Of a DNA stretch of 64,000 bases, positions 10,709 through 21,188 are shown one piece after another. The notes under the pieces are model-generated. The model saw only the letters and a list, made by a program, of their open reading frames with translations. It did no database searches and was not told where the DNA came from. Made by a program: the position numbers and the translations under genes. This DNA is from a bacterium (GTDB lineage Bacteria > SM23-31): positions 3,616,001-3,680,000 of the forward strand of contig OZ252239.1 of NCBI GenBank assembly GCA_965249485.1, in the 5' to 3' direction. Numbering within the stretch: position 1 is the first letter of the stretch; each line of letters starts with the position of its first letter.

Positions 10709-11944
10709 ATGTCAGACAAAGATATCATTGTTGGGCTTGATATTGGGACAACAAAAATCGGTGTTGTCGTCGCTGAAAAAGGTCAATTTAATGAAATAAA
10801 AATTCTCGGTGTGGGAACAAGTCCCTCGGACGGCCTCCGGAGAGGGGTAGTTATCAATATCGATAAAACAGTCCGATCTATCGAGAAAGCAGTTGAGGAA
10901 GCTGAACTGATGGCGGGTGTCGATATACATTCCGTCTATGCGGGTATTGCCGGAGATCATATCCGGAGTCTGAATTCTAAAGGAATTGTTGCAGTATCTC
11001 ATGGCGATAATGAGATAAATCAGGCCGATATCGAACGAGGTATTGAAGCTGCTAAAGCGATCTCCCTCCCCCTAGACCGTGAGATCATCCATATACTTCC
11101 GCAGGAGTATATAGTTGATGAACAAGACGGAATTCGGGATCCGATCGGCATGTCTGGCGTCAGACTTGAGGTTGAAACTCATATCGTAACCGGTGCAGTG
11201 ACATCAGCTCAAAATATTTACAAAAGCGTTGAACGTGCCGGACTTAGGGTTCAGGATATTGTTCTTGAACCGCTTGCATCAAGTTTTGCGGTTATCGGTG
11301 ATGATGAGCGGGAATTGGGCGTGGGACTTCTTGATATTGGTGGCGGTACCACTGATATTGCTCTCCTTTTCGGCGGCAGTATCAGGCACACATCCGTAAT
11401 TGGTCTCGGTGGGAAAAATGTGACTAACGACATTGCTATCGGTCTCCGCACTCCCCCGGAGCAAGCAGAAAATATTAAACTCGAACACGGCTGCTGTTAT
11501 ATCAATAACATCACTGAAGAAGAGTATATCACTGTGCCAGGTGTCGGAGGACGTGAACCGAGAAAAGTGTCAAAATCAATATTAACCTCCATTATTCAAC
11601 CGAGAATGGAAGAACTATTCTCGCTTGCTCTCCGGGAAATCAAAAAATCAGACTATCTCGACCTCCTGACGTCGGGCATTGTCATTACCGGTGGCTGCAG
11701 CCTGATTTCGGGTGCTGTAGAGCTTGCTGAATCGATTTTTGATATGCCGGTCCGAATGGGTATACCTGAAAACATATCAGGGCTCGTCGATCCTGCACGA
11801 AGTCCAATCTATGCAACCGGAGTTGGTCTTGTGATCTACGGTGAACACAACCGGTCTTCAAGCGATTATTTTATGGGTGATGACTCAAAATTATACGACA
11901 AAATTCACGGCAGAATGAAGCAGTGGTTTGCCGAATTCTTCTAA
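10709..11944 (+). CDS. ftsA: Cell division protein FtsA
   Basis: GLDIGTTKI, DIGGGTTD, TGG, C-terminal amphipathic KQWFAEFF. Confidence 0.97.
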   Translation: MSDKDIIVGLDIGTTKIGVVVAEKGQFNEIKILGVGTSPSDGLRRGVVINIDKTVRSIEKAVEEAELMAGVDIHSVYAGIAGDHIRSLNSKGIVAVSHGDNEINQADIERGIEAAKAISLPLDREIIHILPQEYIVDEQDGIRDPIGMSGVRLEVETHIVTGAVTSAQNIYKSVERAGLRVQDIVLEPLASSFAVIGDDERELGVGLLDIGGGTTDIALLFGGSIRHTSVIGLGGKNVTNDIAIGLRTPPEQAENIKLEHGCCYINNITEEEYITVPGVGGREPRKVSKSILTSIIQPRMEELFSLALREIKKSDYLDLLTSGIVITGGCSLISGAVELAESIFDMPVRMGIPENISGLVDPARSPIYATGVGLVIYGEHNRSSSDYFMGDDSKLYDKIHGRMKQWFAEFF

Positions 11945-12043
11945 TAGAGAAACGATAACGATTGGAAAATTTCAAAAAAATAGAAAATTAAAAATTATGA
12001 AAAATATCGTACGTAAACCGTATTTAACCAGAAGGAGGGTGAC

Positions 12044-13210
12044 ATGACCTTTGAGTTTGACGAATCATTGTCCGAAGGCGCTATCATGAAGGTCATCGGT
12101 GTCGGTGGAGCCGGTGGAAATGCATTAAACGGTATGATTCAGGAACGTCTGCGTGGTGTCGATTTTATAGCCGTTAACACCGATGCACAGGCACTAGATG
12201 CAAATAATGCCCAATTAAAAATGCAAATCGGCGGCGGAATTACCAAAGGCCTCGGTGCGGGTGCAAACCCCGAAGTCGGCCGTAAGGCGATGGAAGAGAA
12301 CAAAGCTGACCTTGCAGAAATTCTCGTCGACACCGATATGGTATTTATTACAGCCGGAATGGGCGGTGGAACCGGGACCGGTGCGGCACCGATAATCGCT
12401 GCAGAAGCAAGAGCAGCCGGTGCATTGACAGTCGGTATCGTAACAAAACCGTTCCACTTTGAAGGCAAATGTAGAATGAGCCGCGCTGATGAAGGTATCG
12501 AGCAGCTCAAGGATAAAGTCGATACTCTGATTATCATTCCGAATCAGCGGCTTCTCTCAATCGTTGATAAAGACACATCGCTTGCATCGGCATTCAAGAT
12601 GGCTGATGATGTTCTGTATCAGGCCACGAAAGGAATTTCTGATCTCATCACTGTTCCGGGTCTTGTGAATCTTGATTTTGCTGATGTCAGGACTGTGATG
12701 ATGGGTATGGGCGACGCTATAATGGGTACCGGCGCCGCAACCGGCGACAATAGGGCTATTGAAGCAGCAACGAAAGCGATTTCCAGTCCGCTCCTTGAAG
12801 AAATTTCTATCGAAGGTGCCGAAGGTGTTCTTGTCAATGTTTGCGGTGGAAAAGATATGACCTTGTTCGAAGTGAACGATGCCACATCTGTAATTTTCGA
12901 TGCAACCGGCAAGGAAGCAAACATCATTTTCGGTGCGGTTATCGATGAAGACCTTCATGATGAAATGCGTGTCACTGTTATCGCCACGGGTTTCAACGGC
13001 GTACTGAGAAAACCTAAACAAGTCAATAACCGCTTTATTGAATTGACAAAGCCGGAAGTTTCAATGCGTGAACGCGATCGTCCGACATTTGAACGAATCA
13101 AAGATGACATAGAGAACGAGAGTGAGCACGAGATTCACGTTAATGAATCAACACCGCTTACTCCTGAAGACCTTGACATTCCTGCTTTTTTACGGAAACA
13201 AATGGATTAA
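12044..13210 (+). CDS. ftsZ: Cell division protein FtsZ
   Basis: GGGTGTG tubulin signature, NLDFAD, C-terminal LDIPAFLRKQMD; RBS AAGGAGG. Confidence 0.98.
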   Translation: MTFEFDESLSEGAIMKVIGVGGAGGNALNGMIQERLRGVDFIAVNTDAQALDANNAQLKMQIGGGITKGLGAGANPEVGRKAMEENKADLAEILVDTDMVFITAGMGGGTGTGAAPIIAAEARAAGALTVGIVTKPFHFEGKCRMSRADEGIEQLKDKVDTLIIIPNQRLLSIVDKDTSLASAFKMADDVLYQATKGISDLITVPGLVNLDFADVRTVMMGMGDAIMGTGAATGDNRAIEAATKAISSPLLEEISIEGAEGVLVNVCGGKDMTLFEVNDATSVIFDATGKEANIIFGAVIDEDLHDEMRVTVIATGFNGVLRKPKQVNNRFIELTKPEVSMRERDRPTFERIKDDIENESEHEIHVNESTPLTPEDLDIPAFLRKQMD

Positions 13211-13234
13211 AACTCTTCCCTCCTTCTTGCGCTT

Positions 13235-13270
13235 AAGGGTGATTCTGATCAATATTAGAATCACCCTTTT
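13235..13270 (+). terminator. Rho-independent terminator of the dcw operon
   Basis: AAGGGTGATTCT...AGAATCACCCTT stem ending in a T run, just after the ftsZ stop. Confidence 0.8.
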
Positions 13271-13457
13271 GCATTTCATTGATCTTCTATTGTAGGAATT
13301 AATTCTTGCTCAATACTATATTTTCCGCTATAAACGTATTTCTATTATAAATATTATTATCTACTATATTAATTTTATTAATATTTTACTTGATATTATT
13401 TAATATTATATTTACTATAATAAAACTGTAATTTCAACAGATAACTAATATTATTAG

Positions 13458-13802
13458 TTGAAAATCAAATCAATGACAAAAGAAAAGTACACAACAATGC
13501 CGATTCGGTGCCCGAGTTGCAGCAACATTCTAAAAGCAGTTCGGCTTGCCTGTGACGAGTGTGATACAACCGTTGAAGGAAATTACGACCTCTCTCTCCT
13601 CACTCAACTTAATCCTGATGATCAAGAGTTTATTCTACTGTTCATAAAATCGAGCGGGAGCTTGAAAGATATAGCAACAAAGTATGGTATATCCTACCCT
13701 ACCATGCGTAACCGGCTCGATTCAATCATAGAAAGGATCAATAAATTAGAACGTAGGAGTAATAAGGAGAATGGACATGGAAACAGCACACAACTCAGTT
13801 GA
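13458..13802 (+). CDS. DUF2089-type Zn-ribbon/HTH protein (putative regulator)
   Basis: CPSC...CDEC.T.VEG followed by SGSLK...GISYPTMRNRLD; the true start is probably a downstream ATG. Confidence 0.8.
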   Translation: MKIKSMTKEKYTTMPIRCPSCSNILKAVRLACDECDTTVEGNYDLSLLTQLNPDDQEFILLFIKSSGSLKDIATKYGISYPTMRNRLDSIIERINKLERRSNKENGHGNSTQLS

Positions 13803-14424
13803 TAAATCTCGAACCAATGTTGTAACCTGGCTGTTTAATCCGTTTTACTATATTGCCGGAAGCAAAGCAATGGCAATTGGCATTGTTGTTATTCTCATAA
13901 CCGGTTATATCGGCTCGTTTACGAATTCGCACTGTGATGGAATTGTTGATTTTCATACCGGTATACCAGCTCCGATGTGGGTTTTTCTCAGCGGAGGTCT
14001 GATAAACTGGTTAATAATTGGTACGCTTCTCTTCTTCGGTGGAATGATACTATCTCCCAGCAGCTTTCGAATTATTGATGTATTTGGTACCCGGGCATTG
14101 GCTCGGTTTCCGTATTTTCTTACTGCCGCTGTAACACTTCTGCCCGGTTTTGGAAATTTTTCCGAACAGCTTAAGTCAAGTATTCCTGACCTCGTCAAAG
14201 ATCAGATCGCTTTAGGTGATATTGTAGCTAACAATATGACTGAATCTATTGTGTTTCTTATTGCAATAATTATTTCGCTTTTGATGGGGGCTTATATGGT
14301 GTTCTTAATGTACCGTGCTTTTACTATATCGTGCAATGTCGGAGGCGGGAAAGCAGTTGGTGCATTTATTGCGATACTTATAATAGGGGAGATCCTGTCA
14401 AAATTTATATTCTATTATGTATAA
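13771..14424 (+). CDS. Multi-pass membrane protein (Yip1-like)
   Basis: About 5 hydrophobic segments, LFNPF N-terminal motif; overlaps the upstream gene. Confidence 0.55.
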   Translation: MDMETAHNSVDKSRTNVVTWLFNPFYYIAGSKAMAIGIVVILITGYIGSFTNSHCDGIVDFHTGIPAPMWVFLSGGLINWLIIGTLLFFGGMILSPSSFRIIDVFGTRALARFPYFLTAAVTLLPGFGNFSEQLKSSIPDLVKDQIALGDIVANNMTESIVFLIAIIISLLMGAYMVFLMYRAFTISCNVGGGKAVGAFIAILIIGEILSKFIFYYV

Positions 14425-14476
14425 CTAAGTCTGAATATTTCATTTGAAACCATTCATGCAATTATAGTTCAAGTGA

Positions 14477-15226
14477 TTATTTAATAGTACTTTCTTTTTC
14501 CTGCGCTTCATTGAACCGTTTTTCGATGATTTCCCTCACATGGTTAGAAAGTTTGCTGCGATCGTTAAATTCGTAGTCAACAGTTGGAACCGGTTTATCG
14601 ATAACAACATGGATATGACCGGGATTGAAAATTAGTGAATTCTTTGGCAGAACCGAACGGCTGCCGATGATAGTGACCGGAACAATTGGGCGTTTCGACC
14701 TGATTCCCAAAACAAACGCACCCTTTTTGAATGAATGGATCTTTCCGTCGGGTGACCGTGTGCCCTCAGGATAGACGAGTGGTGAAATGTTTTCATGTTT
14801 GAGCCGTTCAACTGCATAATCGAGACTTTCAATCGCCTTCTCCCTGTTCTCCCTGTCGATCCGGAAATGGCCTGCCATCCACATTGCCCATCCGAATACA
14901 GGAATACGAAACAACTCCTTTTTTGCAAGCATCCTGAGCCGTGCTGGTATAATGGTAATACAAACAGGAATGTCCATATGTGACTGATGGTTCGCTACAT
15001 AGATGTATTTCTCCTCTGGTGACAGATTTTCCAGCCCTTCCACAGTCACCTTGACCCGGGATGTCCATAAAATAAGCTTAACCCAAACCCGTGAACCGAT
15101 ATCGATGTATTCTCTCCTCCCAAAAAACGGAAAGAATATGTTTACATAGAGCGAACCAAGGAAAGTGTAGAGTACTATACAAACAGCCAAGAAACCGGAG
15201 CGGATTATTTTGAGAAGATTGGTCAT
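14477..15226 (-). CDS. plsC: 1-acyl-sn-glycerol-3-phosphate acyltransferase
   Basis: NHQSHMD (HxxxxD), AKKEL, PEGTRS, FKKGAF. Confidence 0.88.
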   Translation of the reverse strand: MTNLLKIIRSGFLAVCIVLYTFLGSLYVNIFFPFFGRREYIDIGSRVWVKLILWTSRVKVTVEGLENLSPEEKYIYVANHQSHMDIPVCITIIPARLRMLAKKELFRIPVFGWAMWMAGHFRIDRENREKAIESLDYAVERLKHENISPLVYPEGTRSPDGKIHSFKKGAFVLGIRSKRPIVPVTIIGSRSVLPKNSLIFNPGHIHVVIDKPVPTVDYEFNDRSKLSNHVREIIEKRFNEAQEKESTIK

Positions 15227-15303
15227 AAATTTTCAACTTTTTGGATTATTGCCTCAACAAAACTGCCATATTGAAATTAAAATAAGAAGATATTAAAAAG
15301 ATT

Positions 15304-15391
15304 GAGATTTCGGTCGAAATGACATTTTGTAACGTTTTTCAAAGAATAAATCCTTGTCGTCATTGCGAGGAGAGAAGCGACGTGGCAATCT
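15304..15391. repeat. REP-like palindromic element (GTCATTGCGAG...GCAATCT type) plus a degenerate partner half
   Basis: GTCATTGCGAGGAGAGAAGCGACGTGGCAATCT at 15359-15391; GAGATTTCGGTCGAAATGAC at 15304-15323; intergenic. Confidence 0.55.
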
Positions 15392-15519
15392 TTCTATAGC
15401 AATTATATAAATTTTAATCACATGGTAAAAACAATACGATTATTAACGAGGACAAGGATATTTATCTCATAAATTATATTGCGTGATCATTAATCTAAAT
15501 ATGTAATGATATCTAAACA

Positions 15520-16428
15520 CTAATCCATCTTGTCGAGGCGTTTGATCATTTCCAATACAATTGTGAAGTTCTGTGTCATAGCCGCAGGCTCGACTACTTT
15601 TAACGCGTCATTCTCGGAATGTATCATGGTAAACACTTTTGGAGTACCGGCCGGCTGAAACTCTTCCGATCCATTCAAAGCGAGCCAGAACTGATATGCT
15701 TGCTCTGCACTTGATATCCCTAACGAAATATTTTCAATACCCGCACGTTGAAAGCTGATATCGTCACTCCCACCATATTCGGGAAAAACAAGAAATTCAA
15801 AATCATTTTCCACACAAATTGTTTTGGCTAATCTATATAATCTGTTTATTCCTGTGGCAGCTGACGGTCCGATGAGTGTTGTGTTGCCATAGGCATTGAC
15901 ATCAAGGTTAATCATCGATTCGATCGGATCACCCTTATGTTGTTCAATAAACTGAGCTGAACCGACAAGCCCAACCTCTTCCTGATCGAAAAACACAATT
16001 CTGATCCTGTGGTTTAGCTCTTCGTTCCGGAGGGCTTCAATAATCCGTGTCAGAATTATTGTGGAACAGCCATTATCGACAAGACCGCTGCCAACATCTA
16101 CTCTGTCGTAGTGGGCACCGATAACAAAATCAGAATCTCCGGAACCCAGCGTTACGACAATGTTGTTTCCATTAATGATACGGTTGTCACGTTTACTTTT
16201 CGCTGAAAACGGCTCAATAGAATATTCGATTCCCTTTTCGGTCAAAATGTCCTGAAGAATACCCTGTCTTTCTCTGTTGGATTTTCCTCCTAAACGGGCT
16301 GCGTCTTCAAATAATCCCGGAAGTGAAGCCAACTGCCATCCGGCAGCATTATCCGGAATAACTGCGAATAGCACAATAAGTGAAGTAATAATAAGAAGCC
16401 GGATGGCATTCAAGCATCTATAATTCAT
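15520..16428 (-). CDS. Secreted M28 family metallopeptidase
   Basis: Signal peptide; GAHYD, DNG, QEE.GL.GS, INLD, SDD, HS.ND. Confidence 0.88.
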   Translation of the reverse strand: MNYRCLNAIRLLIITSLIVLFAVIPDNAAGWQLASLPGLFEDAARLGGKSNRERQGILQDILTEKGIEYSIEPFSAKSKRDNRIINGNNIVVTLGSGDSDFVIGAHYDRVDVGSGLVDNGCSTIILTRIIEALRNEELNHRIRIVFFDQEEVGLVGSAQFIEQHKGDPIESMINLDVNAYGNTTLIGPSAATGINRLYRLAKTICVENDFEFLVFPEYGGSDDISFQRAGIENISLGISSAEQAYQFWLALNGSEEFQPAGTPKVFTMIHSENDALKVVEPAAMTQNFTIVLEMIKRLDKMD

Positions 16429-16835
16429 TGGAGCACCTCAGCTACTGATTGGACAACACTATTTGATCAAGATTACAAGCACAAAATATAAAAATTAATA
16501 CAGTATGTTCAAACAGATTAATTATATATTTTATGATATACAATGACCTATTTAATACTTCAATAGCAAATAAAAAAATATTTATGTATATCTTTATTAC
16601 GTATTGGATTAAGCATACTCAAGAATTCGTAATAAATGAATTCGGTCTACTTTTTTCTTGTAACTAATATGCTTATTTACTATTTTTTTCAATAAGCGGT
16701 TTGGAATAATCGATTTATATGAACGAATTATTATTACGTGTCATCTCTATATTATTTTATTGAGAGCATATGCTCTTTCCGCAGCCGTTCTCACTGTTAT
16801 TACTATATTTTGAACCTATTAATTAAGGAAACGAT

Positions 16836-17715
16836 ATGACGGATAACTCTGATGATAAGTTGATGTTGCAGCGGAGGGCAATTCAAAAAATAGAACTTCT
16901 CCCATCAATTCCGATTGTCCTTCAGAAAATTATTGCGACGTCGGGCGATCCGCATTCATCCGCGCAAGACATGCAAGATATTATCATTAAAGACCAGTCG
17001 ATGACAGCTGCGATTCTCAAACTTGCTAATTCTGCATATTATGGTTATGCAAAGCATGTTGAGGATATAGTCCGTGCGATTGTCGTTATTGGATTTAACA
17101 CTGCCGTGAGTGTTGCGATCAGTGTTTCCGTATTGAAAGACAGTGGCAGAAAAAATTGACGGAAAAGAGTTTGACAAAAATGAATTCTGGAAACATTGTA
17201 TTGGAGCAGGTGAAGCAGGCCGTATCATTGCTGGTGAAGTAAATTATAAAAATCCATCCCGCGCCTATCTATTGGGTCTCCTTCATGATATTGGTAAAGT
17301 TGCCTTATCGTTTATAAACAAATCTGATTTTGATGATGCTGTTTTCGAATCCCGGGCAGTCGAAACAGAACTCTTTAATAGTGAAAAACAGATTTTTGGT
17401 TTTGATCATCAGGAAGCCGGTGAGTGGTTATGCACACGCTGGCAGCTTCCTGAATCAATCATTGCCGGAGTCAGATATCACCATGCAGTAGACGACTGCC
17501 CTGAAGAGTATCTGCCTGAGGCACTTGTCGGACATGTCGCAAATATCCTTACAAAGTCTGCCAAGATTGGAAACAGTGGCAATGAACAAATTTCCCAAAT
17601 CAATTCTCATGCTCATAAAATGCTCAAATTAACTACAAAATCATTTGAGAGCGCCAAAAAAGTTTTATTAAAAAAACGTGAAGAAATTGACAACTTTCTT
17701 GATTTTCTTTTGTAA
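16836..17715 (+). pseudogene. HDOD-domain signalling protein, frameshifted
   Basis: LPSIP...LKLANSAYYG in 16836-17159 and FWKH...GLLHDIGK...RWQLP...YHH in 17143-17715; removing one base near AAA 17136-17138 restores SVLKTVAEKID. Confidence 0.82.
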
Positions 17716-17724
17716 TTTTCGATT

Positions 17725-19287
17725 ATGCCAAAAAAACAAGAAGAAAGTGATCACAATGTTCATCTGAAACAATCGTACTTGGAGCAGAGTCTTCAGTATG
17801 TAACTGAAGAGTTTGTTCAAAAGCTCCGGGAACTGTCACTTGTTAAAAGGATTTCAGATGCCCTGGTCGATACTGCAGATCAGAAGAAGGTGTTTCTTGA
17901 TATTACTACGATTATTCTTGATGAAATACACGCAGAGACATGCTCGCTCTATCTTTTGAACGCTAAAAAAAACAAGCTGTTTCTCAGATCGGTTGGTCGC
18001 CAGGCAGAATCAGAAGGGATATTTTTTGACAACGAAAAAGAAAATGTTCAGAGTGCGTCCGAAGGATTAGCTGGGGCAGTCTTGGAATCCAGAAAGTCGC
18101 TTTACATAAAGAATTCAAGAAGAGATAAGCGGTTTTCCGGTGATCCTCTATTCCCTGAAAATATGGACTCCATTCTCTGCCTGCCGCTCATATCTGACGA
18201 AGATATAATTGGTATCTTTGTTCTAAGCGCTCCGGAATCGCACACCTTTGCAAGAGAAGACCAGAATCTCCTGCAGATCATAGCGAATCAAATTGCAAAT
18301 GTGTTGCGGAATGTAGAATTAGTAAGAAAAATTCAAAAAGCGTATGAAAAGCAGGAACATGTTCTTAAAAAACTGAAATCTGCCGAAAAAAAATTATCAA
18401 ATTATACAAAAGACCTAGAAAGTATTGTTGAAAAACGGACCAATGAGTTGGTACAGTCGGAAAAACTAGCATCCGTGGGTCAGCTTGTTGCAGGTGTCGC
18501 GCACGAATTAAATAACCCTCTGACAATTATAATCGGCTTGATAGAACTTATGGTCGATTCGGATGACCTACCGATACGGCATAAAAAACGGCTCAATAAG
18601 GTGCACGGAGCAACAATGCGCTGCGCTAAAGTTGTGAACAACCTTTTAAAGTTTTACCGCAAAGAAAAGATTCAGAAAAAAGATATCAACATTAACAAAA
18701 TCATTGGGGAAACACTTGGATTTTTTGAATATCAATTTTTAGTGAATAACATTTCCGTTCTAAAAAGTCTTCAGAGCAATATGCCGGTGACAGTTGGCGA
18801 TCCGCAGCAGCTTCAGCAAGTTTTTCTCAATATTATTTCAAACGCATATGATGCTATGGCGTTTCAGGATAGCAACAAAACGCTTGAAGTCAAAACTCAT
18901 ACTGATGAAAATACTATAATCGTTGAGTTCAGGGATACCGGTCCGGGAATCCCTAAAAACTCCCAAAAAAAGCTCTTTGAACCGTTCTTCACGACAAAAG
19001 AAGTCGGCAGAGGTACCGGACTCGGATTAAGCTTGAGCTATGGTATAATTAAAGAGCACAATGGTGAAATATTTCTTGACTCCTCATACACTGAGGGAGC
19101 AAAATTTACTCTTCTTTTTCCCATTGTTGCGGGCGAAGAAACGCACGAGCAGAAAAAAGCGGTGAAAAACTCACTCTCCTCTACGACAAGAGTCCTTATT
19201 ATCGACGATGAAAGTGATATTATCGAGTTTCAGAAGGAGGTTCTCAAGATTTACACGTGTATCCCGGAAGTAGCCTACGACGGTTAA
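17725..19287 (+). CDS. GAF-containing sensor histidine kinase; C-terminal receiver domain cut by an in-frame stop
   Basis: GAF, AHELNNPL (H box), QVFLNIISNA, DTGPGI, FEPFFTTK, GTGLGL; receiver begins at VLIIDDE. Confidence 0.9.
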   Translation: MPKKQEESDHNVHLKQSYLEQSLQYVTEEFVQKLRELSLVKRISDALVDTADQKKVFLDITTIILDEIHAETCSLYLLNAKKNKLFLRSVGRQAESEGIFFDNEKENVQSASEGLAGAVLESRKSLYIKNSRRDKRFSGDPLFPENMDSILCLPLISDEDIIGIFVLSAPESHTFAREDQNLLQIIANQIANVLRNVELVRKIQKAYEKQEHVLKKLKSAEKKLSNYTKDLESIVEKRTNELVQSEKLASVGQLVAGVAHELNNPLTIIIGLIELMVDSDDLPIRHKKRLNKVHGATMRCAKVVNNLLKFYRKEKIQKKDININKIIGETLGFFEYQFLVNNISVLKSLQSNMPVTVGDPQQLQQVFLNIISNAYDAMAFQDSNKTLEVKTHTDENTIIVEFRDTGPGIPKNSQKKLFEPFFTTKEVGRGTGLGLSLSYGIIKEHNGEIFLDSSYTEGAKFTLLFPIVAGEETHEQKKAVKNSLSSTTRVLIIDDESDIIEFQKEVLKIYTCIPEVAYDG

Positions 19288-19524
19288 CAAGCTTTGAATA
19301 AGATCAAAGAAAAATTTCATGATATAATTCTGAGCGATATAAAAATGCCCGGCACTGAAAAGCGTTTTATTTTCACAACGGGGGATACAGCAAGCAAGGA
19401 AACACACGAGTTTTTGGAAAATATCGATAATTTTTGCTTAGAAAAACCGTTTCTTATCAACGATTTTATCGATACATTGAATCGTTGTCTGAATGAACAG
19501 AAAGATCAAAAACAGGAAGACTAA
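19288..19524 (+). pseudogene. Remainder of the kinase receiver domain
   Basis: Same frame as the kinase after TAA 19285-19287 (AYDG*QALNKI); SDIKMPG, FTTGD, LEKPF with an apparent internal deletion. Confidence 0.75.
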
Positions 19525-19685
19525 TTCATTTCACACTCGATTGAAATTTAGTGGCATTTGGGGCAGGTTTAAATCCTGATCCTCACCCCTGACTTTTTAG
19601 TATATTGAACTGTTTTATTCAAATTCTTGTTCATTAATATATTTCTTTCTAGATTGTGATTCATTAAAACACAATAGAAATTCTC

Positions 19686-20525
19686 ATGCTAAAACGTACC
19701 TTCGAATTAAAGATGGGACCTGACAGGTTCTTACGCGGCGATTTCAGAATACCCGAAATCGCGGAAGGAAAACCGTTGGTTTTATTTTGTCATGGATTTA
19801 AAGGGTTCAAGGACTGGGGCGGCTGGCAATATGCAATGGACAAAATGTGTTCGAATGGTTTTTTTGTCATTTCAATTAATTTTTCTTACAACGGAATTGG
19901 TTCTGACCTTCAAAATTTTTCTGAACTTCCTAAATTTGCACAGAATACTATTGGATACGAACTTGAAGATATTGATTTTCTTATAAATGCAATTAAATCC
20001 AGCAGCGAATTTGAGGAAATAACCTGGAAACCCCCGATTGGTCTCATCGGACACAGTCGCGGCGGCGGTACTGCTATTCTTTATGCAAGTCACAACACAC
20101 ATATCAATTGTCTTGCAACATGGGCAAGTGTTTCGAGCTTTGACTCATACCTTGATAATCGAATCGAATGGAGAAAACACGGTTTTATCGAGTTTGATAA
20201 TGTACGGACTAATCAGAAAATGCGCATGAATGTTGAATTTCTTAATGATCTTGAACGTAATGTACTTGAGCGAAATATTTTGAGATCCGAAGCTCGGCAC
20301 GGAGTCCCCCATCTCATTATTCACGGTTATAAAGATGACACGGCACCATATGAAGCAGCTCAGGAGATTTTTGAAACCTCCAGTAAATCTATTACGCGCC
20401 TTGAAATTTTGCCAGGCGGGACCCATACATTTGGTACTGCTCACCCCTTTTCCGGGACAAATCCTATATTCGATTCGGTCATCAACAAGACAATTGAATG
20501 GTTCAGAATGTATCTTGTTGAGTAA
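19686..20525 (+). CDS. Alpha/beta hydrolase
   Basis: HGFKGFKDWG, GHSRGG nucleophile elbow, HG..D and H.F. Confidence 0.88.
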   Translation: MLKRTFELKMGPDRFLRGDFRIPEIAEGKPLVLFCHGFKGFKDWGGWQYAMDKMCSNGFFVISINFSYNGIGSDLQNFSELPKFAQNTIGYELEDIDFLINAIKSSSEFEEITWKPPIGLIGHSRGGGTAILYASHNTHINCLATWASVSSFDSYLDNRIEWRKHGFIEFDNVRTNQKMRMNVEFLNDLERNVLERNILRSEARHGVPHLIIHGYKDDTAPYEAAQEIFETSSKSITRLEILPGGTHTFGTAHPFSGTNPIFDSVINKTIEWFRMYLVE

Positions 20526-20590
20526 TGGAATCCTCTTTGAATTCAACTTTTATCAGTAATGTTACAACTCTTCAAACTATTGAATAAATT

Positions 20591-20977
20591 ATGTCGAACT
20601 GCAATATAACAGGTACCGGTGTCGATATCGAATCGGTAGATCGATTTCGAGCTAAACCTTACGATTCCAATACAGGTTTTTACCACAAACTCTTTACCGA
20701 AAATGAAATCGAGTACTGTTTACGGTATAAAGATCCCTCTCCCCATTTTACTGCTCGCTTTTGTGCAAAGGAATCGCTCAGGAAAGCGGTGCCGAAATCA
20801 ATTCACATTAATTGGCGAGATGTTGAAATCCAAAACGATGAAAATGGGAAACCTTATTTTTTATTCTCCAAAGCTGCTTCAGGCGGCAATACATACTTTT
20901 CATCACAGCAATTCCATCTTTCTCTTTCCCATGAAAAAAATCAGGCTATTGCATTTGTTGTGACAGAACGCATTTAG
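20591..20977 (+). CDS. acpS: Holo-ACP synthase
   Basis: GVDI, ARFCAKE, GKP, LSLSHE...AIAFV. Confidence 0.9.
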   Translation: MSNCNITGTGVDIESVDRFRAKPYDSNTGFYHKLFTENEIEYCLRYKDPSPHFTARFCAKESLRKAVPKSIHINWRDVEIQNDENGKPYFLFSKAASGGNTYFSSQQFHLSLSHEKNQAIAFVVTERI

Positions 20978-21100
20978 TCACATACAATTTTTATCCATGC
21001 CCCCAACTTCTTAATATTTAATAAAATTATTACCCAAAAAAACGGAATTTCTACTCTCGTGTCGAAACTGAAATATTATCATAATCAAAATTGCTGACTA

Positions 21101-21158
21101 ATACTTGACTTTTTAGTATTCTTTCATTATATTTACGGTTGACATACTTAATGAGTAT
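21101..21158 (+). promoter_or_regulatory. Sigma70-like promoter with candidate Rrf2 operator
   Basis: TTGACT (21105-10), 17 bp spacer, TATATT (21128-33); dyad ATACT-N5-AGTAT at 21144-21158; upstream of the Rrf2 gene. Confidence 0.55.
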
Positions 21159-21188
21159 AAAAATCATTCAATACTGAGGGGTCTAAAT

